A DNA stretch of 41,936 bases from an uncultured Acidobacteriota bacterium (GTDB taxonomy: Bacteria; Acidobacteriota; UBA6911), in NCBI GenBank assembly GCA_963827655.1, contig CAWHCF010000028.1, positions 1 through 41,936 on the forward strand, written 5' to 3'. The position numbers and the translations under genes are program-made. Each line of letters begins with the position of its first letter. Within the stretch, counting starts at the first letter, position 1. The notes below the pieces were generated by a model, which saw only the letters and a program-made list of their open reading frames with translations, had not been told where the DNA came from and did no database searches. This document shows, piece by piece, positions 20,076 through 31,238 of the stretch.

Positions 20076-22176
20076 TTAGTCTCTGGTCGGCCTGTTGGCG
20101 CCCCACGGCTCCAATAGCTTCAGGTTCTTCTTATTCAATTCCCGATAGCAGTCCGGCAAGTCAAAGGTCTTTAACACGCCGGGCAATAACGCCGAGAGGG
20201 GCCAGTTGTAGTCCCTGGCTTCCGCGACCTCTGAGTAGGAGTTCAAGGCGTTCTTCAGCGTTACCTGAATTACGTGAGCAGAAAGCAGCGCGGCGAATGT
20301 TGCGGGCAACGCGCCATAGCCCTTTGCGGCCAGGTGAATTTGTCCGTAGCCCCATGCGTTGAGCCAGTCAAGCACCCGGAGAACGTCAAAGGTCCGCTGA
20401 CCGATGTAGGGATAGTCCAGCATGATTGCGTGCGACGAATAGAAATAGTCCGTGCTGTATTCGCCACGGTTGTTGAGACTGGTCGTCTGTGGTTCGGAGT
20501 CTCCGACGCCGCGCACGTCACATGTATAGAAAGCGGCTTCTGGTTCGGCCGCGATGAGATCTCGAATGAGTGGTTCACTACGGAGCTCGTCGTCTGCCGA
20601 TTCCTGTGAGACATATAGGATGGCCTTGTTGGTTTCTCGTGGTGGACGCGAGAGCAGCGGCTCTTTGGTGAGTCTGTAAACAATAGCGTGCACACCCGGG
20701 TCGGTTTCCACCATATATGGAAGCGCGTGTCTCAGCGGATACTTGCGGTCAGGCAGCGGCCTTAGGATGCGGAATTCCGGAACGCTAGTCCGCCGCGGGC
20801 AGCCGAAGCGCCTCCGCAATTGTCTGTGGCAACGCCGCGCCGTCCAGATCGAGACGTTTCGCCGCCAGCGACCTCGATTTCTCCTGCGTGAACCTGTAGA
20901 TCGGCTTGGATTGCAGCTCGGCTACTTGACCGTGCGGTGTACACCACAACGTCTCTTCTTTTTCCAAAACCAGTTCCGGTTCTGTCTTGGCGTCCGAAAT
21001 TCCCGTGCAGCGGTTGAACCATCGATACATTGCCTCCCGGTTCTCCTTCGAGTAGCCGTGGTAGGTTGGTCCCACGAAATAGGCAATATTGTCTTCCGCG
21101 CCAAGCAGACGATAGAGACGCTTCAGCCGATGGTAGGCCGCTTCATTGCCGCGGACGTCAAAGTAATCTTTCTCTTTAGCCAGGATGATAATGGGTTTCG
21201 GCGCGAGCGCGGCCAGGAAGTCTTCATGATCCAGGCCCAACGCCAGCGCCTTCGGGGGGCACTGCTCCGTGTCCGCCCCGAGTTCGTTTTCCATATTCCG
21301 CCGGAACTCGGTGACGAAGCAACTCGGTGCCGCCATTGTCCAGCGCTGTTCGAGCCCGCACAGCCACGTAGTCATTGTTCCACCGCCGGAGTTGCCCGTA
21401 ATGCCCAGGTGCCTGACATCCACTTCCTCGCGAGAGATCAGGTAATCCAAGGCGCGAATGCCGTCCCAAGCACGCCACATGCAAAAGCACTCGTCGACAA
21501 GAAACTGCTGGACGCCGGCGTAGTTGTGCTCTCCGGTCCCTGTCCCGCGCATGGGCTTCCAGTTCGAATCCACGTACTGCATCCGTTCACCCTGGCCGAT
21601 CGGATCGAAGATCAAAACCACATAGCCCAGGCGCACGAGCCCCTGGCAGAAGGCTTGATACGTATCAATGGCCTTGCCATTGGCCGAATGCCCGCAAGAA
21701 GCCACCACGCCCGGAAGCGGGAAAGTCCGCCCCTTCGGAATGTAGAGATTCGCCGACACCAAGAATTGTGGACGGCTTTCGAAGAGAACATTCTCGATCT
21801 TGTAGGCATCCCGTTGCACGACCTTCGTCACGCGGGCATTGAGTGGGGTCTTTTCGGGATAGGGTCCGAAGCATTCGCCAATTTTCCTACGGACGGTTTG
21901 GACATAGGCTTCGGCGTCGGCCCGCGTAGTTAATTCCCACAGCCGCTTCAGCCGTTGCTGATGGACCTCATTCTCACGCTCCACGAAGAACTCTTGGACC
22001 ATCCGTGGGAAACGGTTCAGCGGGCTAAGTGGACGCGTTTCGGCCGTGCGTGCTGCCTGCATCGCGTACGTGGGAAACTGCCCGGCCACGGCCACACCGA
22101 CGCCGCCGACGGAGAACGTGTGTAGCATCATGCGACGCGAGATGCTCGTGACGCCAGCAGGTCTTTTTTGAGTCAT
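20076..22176 (-). CDS. Tat-exported two-domain alpha/beta hydrolase (acetylxylan-esterase-like), frameshift near 20790
   Basis: SRRMML Tat-like signal, CGHS, DPIGQGER, GITGNSGGG, second domain DVRGVGD...RTFDVLRVLD; ORFs 20785-22230 and 20076-20819 join. Confidence 0.85.
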
Positions 22177-22395
22177 GTTCGAGTACTCCGGTAAACGATC
22201 TGCCGGATGGTCTTTGCCAGAATCCAGCATCTGATCAGGGATCTCTTTTTTTCTCTAACTACGACGCGAGAAAGTCTCAACCGAGTCTATGCGGATCATA
22301 CACCAGAAACATACCGAGGCTGTCGCTAATGCAGAAAGCCTCCCTTGCCGTCGCTGAATGCCTGCGTGAACCCTGCCGCGATTGCTTGAAAACCC

Positions 22396-22421
22396 GATTT
22401 CCGGTAATATATCCGGAAATC
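22396..22421. promoter_or_regulatory. Inverted-repeat operator upstream of the VapBC-type module
   Basis: GATTTCCGG-N8-CCGGAAATC, perfect 9-bp arms, 17 nt before the GTG start. Confidence 0.7.
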
Positions 22422-22438
22422 AATCGGAGGGTTCTGCG

Positions 22439-22723
22439 GTGACGAAAACTCAGAAGACCCCGCTTGCGAATTATCGCAGCCGTATGAAGCGCCAAGGCGT
22501 TGTCCGCCTCGAAATTCGAGTGCACAAGAAGGATGCCGCGCTCGTCCGCAGGATCGCTAGAGCGCTAATCGACCCCGAACGTGAGGCGGAAACGCGGGCA
22601 CACCTGCGGCAGCGTTTTGGGAACCCTACCCCGCAGGGGCTTAAGACGTTGCTCGCGGCGGCGCCGATTGAAGGTGTCGACCTCGAACGCAGTCGCGATA
22701 CAGGGCGGGCGGTTGATCTGTGA
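22439..22723 (+). CDS. Putative antitoxin
   Basis: GGAGG RBS and GTG; LKTLLAAAPIEGVDLERSRD C-terminus; GTGA overlap with the PIN toxin. Confidence 0.75.
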   Translation: MTKTQKTPLANYRSRMKRQGVVRLEIRVHKKDAALVRRIARALIDPEREAETRAHLRQRFGNPTPQGLKTLLAAAPIEGVDLERSRDTGRAVDL

Positions 22724-23037
22724 GTTACCTGATCGACACGAACATTATCTCTGAAGTCCGGAAGGGTTCGAGCTGCGATGAGTTGGTTGCATCGTGGTAC
22801 GCGTCGATCGATGATGCCGACCTCTATCTCAGCGTGCTCGTGCTCGGTGAAATCCGCAAAGGCATTGAGCTCGCTCGGCGACGGGATTCGGTGAAAGCGA
22901 AAGCATTGGAATCCTGGCTGACTCAAGTCGACGCCGCCTTTGGCGACCGCGTCCTTGCCATTGATCGGGCGGTGGCCGACGAATGGGTGCTTCCCCAATC
23001 TACTGTTGCTAGCTCGGTCCCATCTAATTGTGTCTAA
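22720..23037 (+). pseudogene. vapC: VapC-family PIN toxin, truncated after ...AVADEW (~22987)
   Basis: YLIDTNIISE, SVLVLGEIRKGIE; lacks the C-terminal DxLIAATA/TRN part. Confidence 0.85.
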
Positions 23038-23150
23038 GATACTTATGTCCGATTTAGCTCAGATTAGAACTGCTGAAGTCAAATTCGTCTGTAATATCCT
23101 GCCTCATAGAGTTTAAGTCCATCCCAGCAACACTTGATGACGGAAGCACC

Positions 23151-23280
23151 ACTCCGAGGACTCCTCGAAACTGAACACTTCTTTCATCGAACGGCTGAAC
23201 CTCACGATCCGACAGGGCTCGGCCTATCTCTTTCGGCGCACGATCTACCACGCGCGCTGGAAGAAGCGTCTCGAAGATTC
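23151..23280 (+). mobile_element. IS1-family-like transposase remnant (second copy)
   Basis: SEDSSKLNTSFIERLNLTIRQGSAYLFRRTIYHARWKKRLED; 23151-23190 is 38/40 identical to 13021-13060. Confidence 0.75.
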
Positions 23281-23496
23281 CCGTCGGCGATGCTTCTTTC
23301 GTTTCGGAGAAAGTCAAGTTCGGACAATCGACCGTCTTGGTCGTTGTCGATGAGACGCGGATGCCTCTGGCAGCACAGCAACAATTGATGATTGGAAGCA
23401 CCGTGCAACTCGGCGAAGGTCCGAACGAATCCCTTGTTGGGCCTTTTGTGTAGACCAAGGTTTGACAATTTGAGCAAGCCCTTCGGGTCTCAATTT

Positions 23497-24921
23497 CTAT
23501 CGCAAACTACCCCATTTTGCTTGTACCCAGCCTCGCAGGCCCAATTCAGAGCGGCAAAGTCGGAGTCCCGGATCCAAGGCTTGCGCCTGAGCACGGGATC
23601 TTGCCGCCTCCTCTTTCCGGGCCTGTTTTTCCAGCAGAAGCGACATCTGATAGTGAGCGGGAGCAAAACCGGGCGCCCGATGGAGCGCAGACTGAAACTG
23701 CTGGAGAGCGGCGTCATGTTTTCCCGCCTCCAGCATTTTAATTCCCGCATGCGTGGCGAAGACAGCCGCTTCGACGTCCGCCCTCTGCCGGCGCTGAGAC
23801 TCCGCCGTGCGGATCTCTTCCAGGGCTTCTTCATTGTTGCCTTGCTGGCGCAGAGCCAATCCGAGGGAGTAATGAGCTTCGGGGAACTGGAAGCGAATCT
23901 GCAGCGACTGACGAAACGCACGGATCGCTCCCTCCAGGTCTCCTTGGGCCTTGGAAATCGCTCCCAGGGCAAGCATCGCCTCCGCGTACTGTGGCCGCAG
24001 ATCCAGGGAGCGACGAATCCAGGATCTGGCGGCATCAAGCCCGCCCTGTTGCCACAACGACGTGCCCACGGAGTACAACGCCTCGGGAAAATCCGGTTTG
24101 AGTTGCGCGGCTTTTTCAAAATGCAAGAGAGCGTCGGCAAGACGGCCCTGTTCCTCGAGAGCCTTGGCGAGATTGAAGACGATGACCGGATCGTTGGGAG
24201 CCGTTGTTAAAATGTCTCGATAAACTTGTTCCGCGGACCGGGCGTCCCCTTTCTCCATCAAGGCGACTCCCAGGTTTTGTTTGGCCTGTAGATGATTGGG
24301 ATTTTGCGATACCAGGCTTCGAAACGTCTGCGCGGCGCCTTCCGGATCCCCTGAATGCAGCTGAGCCAGTCCCAGGTTGTTCTGGGCGTCGGCAAAGCCC
24401 GGTTTCAGATGCAGGGCCTGTTCGAAGGCGCGGATCGCCCCGCCGTAATCTCCGAGTCCTCGAAGAGCCGCGCCCAGATGGTTGTAGACTTCGGCCTTGC
24501 CGGCTCCAAGGCGAATGGCTTCTTCAAAGTGATGGACGGCGCCGTCCCAATCTCCAATCTCGCGCAACCCCTGGGCAAGGAAATGGTGAGCCGGCGCGAG
24601 ATTGGGATCCAGTCGCAGGGCCAGCTTGAGTTCTTCAACGGCGCTCTGAACCTGTTTTGTCCAGAACAGAGTAACACCCAGGCTGTAGTGGGCCTCCGCC
24701 GAACTGGGATCGATTTCCACGGCTCTTCGCAATTCCTGAAGAGCCTCCTGCCACTTTCCCTCCTTGCTCAGCTGAAACCCGCGATCGATATAGGCGCGAG
24801 CCGGCTCGCCCTGGAAGGAAACCGCCAGTCCTTCCGGAGAAAAGGCCAGGATACTTCCCAGCAGGCTCGAAAGAGCCGCCAGCACGCCGATTGATTTCAA
24901 GGGACGAGTTTTAAGCTGCAT
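23497..24921 (-). CDS. Secreted tetratricopeptide repeat protein
   Basis: Signal peptide and many TPR repeats (AHYSLG, AQNNLG, ALYSVG); extreme C-terminus uncertain. Confidence 0.92.
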   Translation of the reverse strand: MQLKTRPLKSIGVLAALSSLLGSILAFSPEGLAVSFQGEPARAYIDRGFQLSKEGKWQEALQELRRAVEIDPSSAEAHYSLGVTLFWTKQVQSAVEELKLALRLDPNLAPAHHFLAQGLREIGDWDGAVHHFEEAIRLGAGKAEVYNHLGAALRGLGDYGGAIRAFEQALHLKPGFADAQNNLGLAQLHSGDPEGAAQTFRSLVSQNPNHLQAKQNLGVALMEKGDARSAEQVYRDILTTAPNDPVIVFNLAKALEEQGRLADALLHFEKAAQLKPDFPEALYSVGTSLWQQGGLDAARSWIRRSLDLRPQYAEAMLALGAISKAQGDLEGAIRAFRQSLQIRFQFPEAHYSLGLALRQQGNNEEALEEIRTAESQRRQRADVEAAVFATHAGIKMLEAGKHDAALQQFQSALHRAPGFAPAHYQMSLLLEKQARKEEAARSRAQAQALDPGLRLCRSELGLRGWVQAKWGSLR

Positions 24922-25074
24922 CCGGTTTCACAAAGGCGGTGATTATAGCACGGCATGGAGAGCCGCGGCCGGAGCAGGCGCGGCTGCAAAACCGCACAGG
25001 CCCGGCGTTTTCATGATTCCATGCTCTGATCGCCGAAGAATCAGGTTGACTCCCAAAGGCGCTTTGTGAAGTAC

Positions 25075-25095
25075 TTGTCGACAATGAGTCGACAG
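25075..25095. promoter_or_regulatory. GntR/FadR-type operator candidates overlapping the start codon
   Basis: Perfect palindrome TTGTCGACAA at 25075-25084 and a second GTCGAC at 25088-25093; TTGACT at 25046. Confidence 0.55.
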
Positions 25096-27945
25096 ACGAG
25101 AATTCCGGCGCCGCAAAGACTGACAGATCGAGTCTTCAAAGCCTTGAAGGGAGAAATCATTACCTGCAGACTCGCGCCCGGAGAGGTGCTCAACGAACTT
25201 GAAGTGGCCAGGAGATTCAAGACTAGCCGGACCAGATCCGTGAGCCGGCGGACTTTCTTGACCCGGGTAGGCGCAGGCACTCTGGCCTTTCCCTGGCACC
25301 CGGCGAAAAGCTTGAGTGCCCAGGGCTCGCCCAATAATCCCGCCCCTATCCCGGAGCCCCATTTCCCTGACCGCCTTCACTTGTTCGTGTGGCGCAACTG
25401 GGAGCTTGCCAATGCGGATCGAATGGCGCAGGTCCTGGGTACGACCGAAGAGAAGGTACGCGAGATCGGAGCTTCCCTCGGGCTTCCACCCAAACCGCGG
25501 CTCACGCCGGATCAGCTCCGACGGATCTACATCACGGTGATCCGCCAGAACTGGCACGTGCTTCCAGAGGATCAACTGATCCAATTGCTGGGCTGGGATC
25601 GAGCCCGCTACGAGTTCACTCTGAAAGAGGACGATTTTCTGGACCACAAGCTGGGGTTCAAGAAGCCTCAGTGTGAACCACTGCGCTACGAGACTCCTTC
25701 CCCAGGAGCCCGCCGGCGCGCGGCAGAAATCAAACGGACGATTCAGAAAACCTTCGGGTCTTCCTTTCATGAGCCGGGTGAAGCGGCCTTTCGCTTCGTC
25801 GAAGATCTGAGCAGTACGTCGTTTGATAGAATCCGGGTTCCGGAGACCAGAGCTGCCCGGGAAGAAATCGATCTGACCGGCTGGACGCTGGTCACATCAG
25901 AGGCAGAGCTTGTCCAGGGCCGCGTACGCCGCTTTCAGTCCTTCCTGAAGGACGCCCTGGCTTGTGAAACGGGAATAGCCGCCGGTGGGGCCGCTGCGGG
26001 AACGCGCTCCGTACGTTTTTCCGTCGATCCGGGCCTCTCCCTGAAAGCCGACAGTTTCGAGATCGATGCTCAGGCCGACCGTCTGACCGTAACGGCCTCC
26101 AGTCCCGAAGGGCTGCTGCAGGGGATTTATCATCTGCAGGGTGTAATGGAAAGCCGGGGAGGTCCTTTCTTCCCCATCGGTAAGACACGGCGGTCGGTGC
26201 GGTTGAACCCGCGCTATCTCTACTCCTACTTCGCTCTTTACGGTGATCCCTTGATGGAGCAAGAGGTCGATCCTTTCCCCGATGGGTACCTGGAAAAGCT
26301 GGCGCGAACAGGGGTCAATGGGGTCTGGCTGCAGGGGGTGCTGAACAATCTTGCCCCCTCATCCGCATTTCCGGAATTTGGCGTCGGATGGCAAACGCGC
26401 ATTCGCAATCTGAGCCGCATGGTGGAAAGGGCCAAGAATTTCGGAATCCGAATTTTTCTCTATTGCAATGAGCCTCGGGCAATGCCCGAGGAGTTTTTCA
26501 GGAAATATCCCGACGTCAAGGGGACCTATGCGCCGAATGTTCCACAGTTTTTCACGATGTGCACCAGCGTGCCGAAGGTACGCCAGTGGATCTCTGACAG
26601 TCTCGCCCACATTTTCAAGGAGGTTCCGGATCTTGGTGGGATCTTCTCGATCACCATGTCCGAGAACCTGACCAACTGCTTCTCGAAGGGGAGTTCCCAG
26701 TTTTGTCCGCGCTGTTCCAAGCGCCAGGGCTGGGAAGTGGTAAGTGAAGTGCTTCACACCTTATACGAAGGTGTGCGCCGCAGCAGCGCAAAAGCGGAAG
26801 TCCTGGCCTGGGATTGGGGCTGGGGCTTCGATTGGGTTCGCAACGGAGCGGAATCCGAGAAGATCATTGAAAACCTTCCCAATGGTATCCGGCTCCTGAG
26901 CGTCAGCGAGTGGCATCAGCCCGTCCATCGCGGAGGAGTCTCCACCAGGGTGGGCGAATATTCCATTTCTGTTGTCGGGCCGGGCCCCCGGGCCAAGAAA
27001 CACTGGGCCCAGGCGAGCAAAAGGAACCTGGGAACGCTGGCCAAGATTCAAGCCAATTGCACATGGGAGATCTCTGCCGTTCCTTACATTCCTGTCCCCC
27101 ATCTGGTCCGCGACCATCTCCAGAATCTCGTGGAGTCGGGCATTGAAGGAATCCAGCTCTCATGGACGGTGGGAGGGTACCCCTCGCCCAACCTGGAGGT
27201 TGCAAAGGAGTACTACTATTCGCAGGCGGCTCAGGGCGATGAAGCACTCGAGCGAGTGGCGGCCAGAAGGTATGGTTCGAAGGCGGTTGCCCAGGCTCTG
27301 CAAGCGTGGAAAGATTTCAGTACCGCTTTTCAGGAATTCCCGTATGGCGTTGCAATCTACACCATCCCCACCCAGCATGGGCCGGCAAATCCGCTGCGTC
27401 TGAAGGAAACCGGCTACTCCAATGCCATGCTTCTGTTTCCGTATGACGATGTGCGGCATTGGGTCGGACCCTATCCTCCAGAGGTCGCCCAATCTCAGTT
27501 CGCCAGGATGGCGGGGCTCTGGAAGAAAGGCTTGGAGAGTTTTGGAAAGGTTCTCGAGCTGGTTCCTCCGAACCGTCTCAAAGAGACTCGCAGAGATCTC
27601 GGAATCGCGGAAACGTGTTACCTGCACTTCCAGAGTGTCGCAAATCAAATCCGGTTCTGGCTGCTTCGAAATGATTTGAATCGACCCGGAGAGGACAAGA
27701 GATCGATCGCCGCGCAGATGGAAATGATCGCGCGCGAGGAAATCGAGCTAGCAAAGCGCCAGTATCGGATAGCCAGGGCGGACTCGCGGATTGCCTTTGA
27801 AGCTACTAATCACTACTACTATCGGCCGCTGGATCTGGCGGAAAAAGTCTTGAACTGCGAAGAGGTGATTGCCGGCCTGAGGCAGATCGAGAGGTTGAGA
27901 GTTACTGACAGTTTCTTCCGGGGCGGATCCATTGGGCAAGCTTAG
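25084..27945 (+). CDS. Large uncharacterised protein: truncated GntR HTH fused to Tat signal, GH20/GH67-like N-domain and TIM-barrel-like region
   Basis: LTDRVFKALKGEII...LAPGEVLNELEVARRFKTSRT, then SRRTFLTRVGAG; DSFEID...EGLLQGIYHL; alternative GTG start at 25240. Confidence 0.75.
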   Translation: MSRQTRIPAPQRLTDRVFKALKGEIITCRLAPGEVLNELEVARRFKTSRTRSVSRRTFLTRVGAGTLAFPWHPAKSLSAQGSPNNPAPIPEPHFPDRLHLFVWRNWELANADRMAQVLGTTEEKVREIGASLGLPPKPRLTPDQLRRIYITVIRQNWHVLPEDQLIQLLGWDRARYEFTLKEDDFLDHKLGFKKPQCEPLRYETPSPGARRRAAEIKRTIQKTFGSSFHEPGEAAFRFVEDLSSTSFDRIRVPETRAAREEIDLTGWTLVTSEAELVQGRVRRFQSFLKDALACETGIAAGGAAAGTRSVRFSVDPGLSLKADSFEIDAQADRLTVTASSPEGLLQGIYHLQGVMESRGGPFFPIGKTRRSVRLNPRYLYSYFALYGDPLMEQEVDPFPDGYLEKLARTGVNGVWLQGVLNNLAPSSAFPEFGVGWQTRIRNLSRMVERAKNFGIRIFLYCNEPRAMPEEFFRKYPDVKGTYAPNVPQFFTMCTSVPKVRQWISDSLAHIFKEVPDLGGIFSITMSENLTNCFSKGSSQFCPRCSKRQGWEVVSEVLHTLYEGVRRSSAKAEVLAWDWGWGFDWVRNGAESEKIIENLPNGIRLLSVSEWHQPVHRGGVSTRVGEYSISVVGPGPRAKKHWAQASKRNLGTLAKIQANCTWEISAVPYIPVPHLVRDHLQNLVESGIEGIQLSWTVGGYPSPNLEVAKEYYYSQAAQGDEALERVAARRYGSKAVAQALQAWKDFSTAFQEFPYGVAIYTIPTQHGPANPLRLKETGYSNAMLLFPYDDVRHWVGPYPPEVAQSQFARMAGLWKKGLESFGKVLELVPPNRLKETRRDLGIAETCYLHFQSVANQIRFWLLRNDLNRPGEDKRSIAAQMEMIAREEIELAKRQYRIARADSRIAFEATNHYYYRPLDLAEKVLNCEEVIAGLRQIERLRVTDSFFRGGSIGQA

Positions 27946-28961
27946 AGCCGGCGTCATCGGTGTGGGCAGTTTTGGAGAACTTCACATCGCTGCTTATCGG
28001 ACTCTTCCCGATGTGGAATTGGTAGCCATCAGCGATAACCGGGAGGAAAGGTTGCGAGAGGTTGCGGCCCGATACGGGATCGGCGAGAGCTACACGGACT
28101 CGACCGAACTCTGCGCCCGCAGCGACCTCAATATTGTCAGTATTGTCACGCCCGAGAGTGAGCACCTGGCTCCCGCGCTGGCAGCCGCCAAACACGGCAA
28201 GCACATCTTTCTCGAAAAGCCGATCGCAACTTCGCTTGGAGGACGGCCAATGTATCATCAGCGCCGCCGAAAAGGCGGGCGTGTACCTGATGGTCGGCCA
28301 CATTTGCCGTTTTGACAGTCGATACGCCAGCATGAAACACATAGTCGACGAGGGACGGTTGGGGGACCTCGTTTCCATTCATGCTCGCCGGAATCGCCCG
28401 AAAAGGCTGTACGCCGTCTACGGAAAGCGAGTGCCTGGACTGCTGGTCAATGCGATTCACGACATCGACCTTTGTCTGTGGTACACGAGACAAAACGTCG
28501 TTCGGGTCCGCGCTTTCACCCGAAACATTCAAAAGGGACAAAACCCTGACATTAACTGGGGTTTTCTGGAATTCGAAAACGGGGCAGTGGCCTGCATCCA
28601 GACTCACTGGCTCATGCCCGATCAGTCGGGCGTCGTCACCGATGATGGAATGCAATTGATCGGAACAAAGGGCACGGCCAACATCGATCTGACTACCTCG
28701 GGATTACAGCTCTGGACGGAAGCTGGCAGCGAGATGCCCAATGTTTCCTACGACGCCTGGTTCCATGACGAGGTTCACGGGCCCATCAAGGAAGAGCTGA
28801 GTTATTTCGTGCGCTGCGTAAGGGAAAAAAAGAGCCCTACCATCATCACTCCGGTCGAAGCCCTTGCAGCCCTCCGGGTCGCGCTGGCCCTGGTCCAATC
28901 GGCCCGGGAGGATCGGGAAATCAAACTGGCAAAGCCGCCTGGAGCCGGGAAAAAGGCGTGA
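27932..28961 (+). CDS. Gfo/Idh/MocA oxidoreductase, frameshift near 28235
   Basis: GVIGVGSFG, HIFLEKPIA, then MVGHICRF and AIHDID in the next frame. Confidence 0.9.
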
Positions 28962-29983
28962 CCGACAATCTAGCGCTGGGCCTTACTCTTGTCGTGCTGG
29001 GGGGCGCTTGCCAGGGCAGTTTCATGCTGCCGATGAAGTACACGGAAAAGTGGCGATGGGAGAATGCCTGGCTGATTTTTTCCTCTACGGCTTACCTGAT
29101 CTTGCCCTGGCTGGTGGCTTTCCTAACCGTCCCTCAACTCAGAAACATCCTCGCCCACACCAGCCGCACTACGATCCTTCAAACCTTACTGTTCGGGTTG
29201 GGGTGGGGACTGGGGGCTTTGACCTTCGGGCTGGGAGTGGACCGTCTGGGCCTTGCCCTCGGCTTTGCCATTATTCTCGGTCTCACTGCCGCTATCGGAA
29301 CGCTGGTTCCTCTATGGGTCCTTTCGTCTGAGCCCCTGACCGGTTCACAGAGCCGATTCGTATTGCTGGGAGTCGGTCTGATCATTATCGGCGTTTCTCT
29401 CTGCTCCTGGGCCGGCAAGCTGAAGGAAGACGCTCTGAAAGGGGAGACCGGGTCGGTCTCGAGTAGCGAACCCAGATCCTTTGCTATTGGATTGATCTTC
29501 TGCATTGTGTCGGGGGTATTGTCGCCGTTCGGAAATCTGGGTTTCGCGTTCGGGTCCGAGATCAGCCGTGTTGCCCTCGAATTTGGGACATCTGAATTCT
29601 ATGCCGCCAATCCCTTGTGGGCGGTCATCACCCTTCCGCTTTTTCTGTGTAATGCGAGTTTCTGCGCCTATCTACTGATTCGACGATAAGAGCGCAGGAA
29701 AATTCCTTTCCTCTCCCCGGTACTATTACCTTCTCTGTGCCTCCATGGGAGCTCTCTGGATCGCAGGCATGGCGCTCTACGGCTCCGGGGCAAACCAACT
29801 CGGACCCCTGGGACCGTCGATCGGGTGGGCGATCTTGATGTCTTCCATAGTCCTTGTCGCCAATATCTGGGGAGTTCTCACCGGAGAGTGGAAGGAGAGT
29901 GGACGAAGCCTCTGCGCGTCATGGGTGTTGGGGCCTTCGTTCTGATCGTCGCCATTTTTGTAATCGGGTTAGGCAAACCGTGA
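28958..29983 (+). CDS. RhaT-family (L-rhamnose/H+ symporter-like) transporter, frameshifts near 29690 and 29910
   Basis: GSFMLPMK...WRWENAW, GLGWGLG, LGFAIILG, NIWGVLTGEWK; final frame ends VIGLGKP* at 29983. Confidence 0.88.
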
Positions 29984-30058
29984 CGGAGGTGAAAGGGAGA
30001 AGTCATCAGAACCCCATCGATAACCCGCCGCGATTCTTCTGAAACTGCACCAAAGACG

Positions 30059-30087
30059 CGAGCCTTCGCCGGTTGGTCGAAGGCTCG
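30059..30087. terminator. Hairpin between convergent genes
   Basis: CGAGCCTTCG-N9-CGAAGGCTCG; no U-tract. Confidence 0.45.
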
Positions 30088-30170
30088 TCAGATTAGCGGG
30101 GGCGTAAGCACACCAACCAGCCGACCAGGCCCGTCGCGCGGAATTCGAATCGGCAAGGGCCCGGCATGGA

Positions 30171-31002
30171 TCAACTGAAGAAGAGTTCTTCGGCGGTGCG
30201 ATGCAGGATCCACTCCCGGTCCGTCGCGGAGAGGAAACTCAGATGATCGCGTATGACGGCGATGCTTGCTTCATAAGGTTCGTTGAGGATCTGAAACGGG
30301 CAGTCGGAACCCCAGAGCAATCGCTTCGGGCCGAAGGAATCATAAACGCGCCGGATGAGACTGGAGAGTTCCAGATGAGGAGGCCGTTTTTCGCCAAGGG
30401 CGTAAAAGGCCGAGACTTTGACCCGGACTTTTCCGTGCCGGCATAAATCGCAGAGCGAACGAACCTGTTCCTGCTCAATAGGTCCGCTCATCCCGATTCG
30501 TCCCAGATGATCCACAGCAACCGGCGTCTCGGGAAACCGCGCGCAGATTCTGGAAAGGGCGGGCAGGAACTCGGGGTTGATCAAAGCGCAAAGGACCATA
30601 CCCATCTCTGCCGCTGCCTGAAACATCGGGTCCAGGGCGCCGCTTTCCAGGTTTTTCGCAGCAGCCTGGTCGATCAGATAAATTCGAAATCCCCGGACGC
30701 CCAGCGGCTTCAGCCTGTCCATCTGCCCGGGAACGTCTTTCCCAAGCGGATCGATGACTGCGACGGCACGGAAAGCCTCCGCTGCCGATGCCACGACGTC
30801 GAGCATGTACCGGTTGTCGGTGCCGTAGTAACTCATCTGAATGAGCACGATTTTTCCGACTCCGCTGAGCCGGGCATGGGCGAGAATCTGATTCGGCAAG
30901 AAAGCGCCGCAGCTCCATCGCTTCAACCGAAACGCCCGGCGCCAGTGGATAGCGCTCGAAGTCATCCGTCCAGACATGAACATGAGAGTCAATGTAATCC
31001 AC
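30171..31002 (-). CDS. Amidohydrolase_2 family protein (sugar-lactonase-like), frameshift near 30900
   Basis: IDSHVHVW, GTDNRYM, GVRGFR, VDHLG, VKVS, RLLWGSDCP. Confidence 0.88.
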
Positions 31003-31175
31003 AGGTCACCCGAAGCAAAAACGATGCGATCATTGTTTAGACCTTCGGCGCGCGATGCAGTATAAAGCACGTTGAACCGCACGCAAGCGCCTCGCTGCAA
31101 CACACCAGGAGGAGCATCGTGGAGTACGTGGATGGCTTCCTGACTCCTGTGCCAAGGGCGAAGAGGATGCGTACT

Positions 31176-31238
31176 GCATCCGCTGGGGAGAACGTGTTGC
31201 AAGAACCGGCGGATGAACTCCGCGGCAGGTACGGTGAC
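31176..31238 (-). mobile_element. IS91-like (Y2) transposase remnant
   Basis: VTVPAAEFIRRFLQHVLPSG resembles the conserved EFIRRFLxHVLPxGF motif. Confidence 0.65.

Noticed and set aside
23280-23477. EF-hand/FG-GAP-like DNDQDGRL peptide on the minus strand
   Set aside because: Single short motif with no convincing start or continuation
29687-29689. Stop-codon readthrough in the RhaT-like gene
   Set aside because: The stop is TAA and the homologous sequence resumes in a different frame, so this is a frameshift, not recoding
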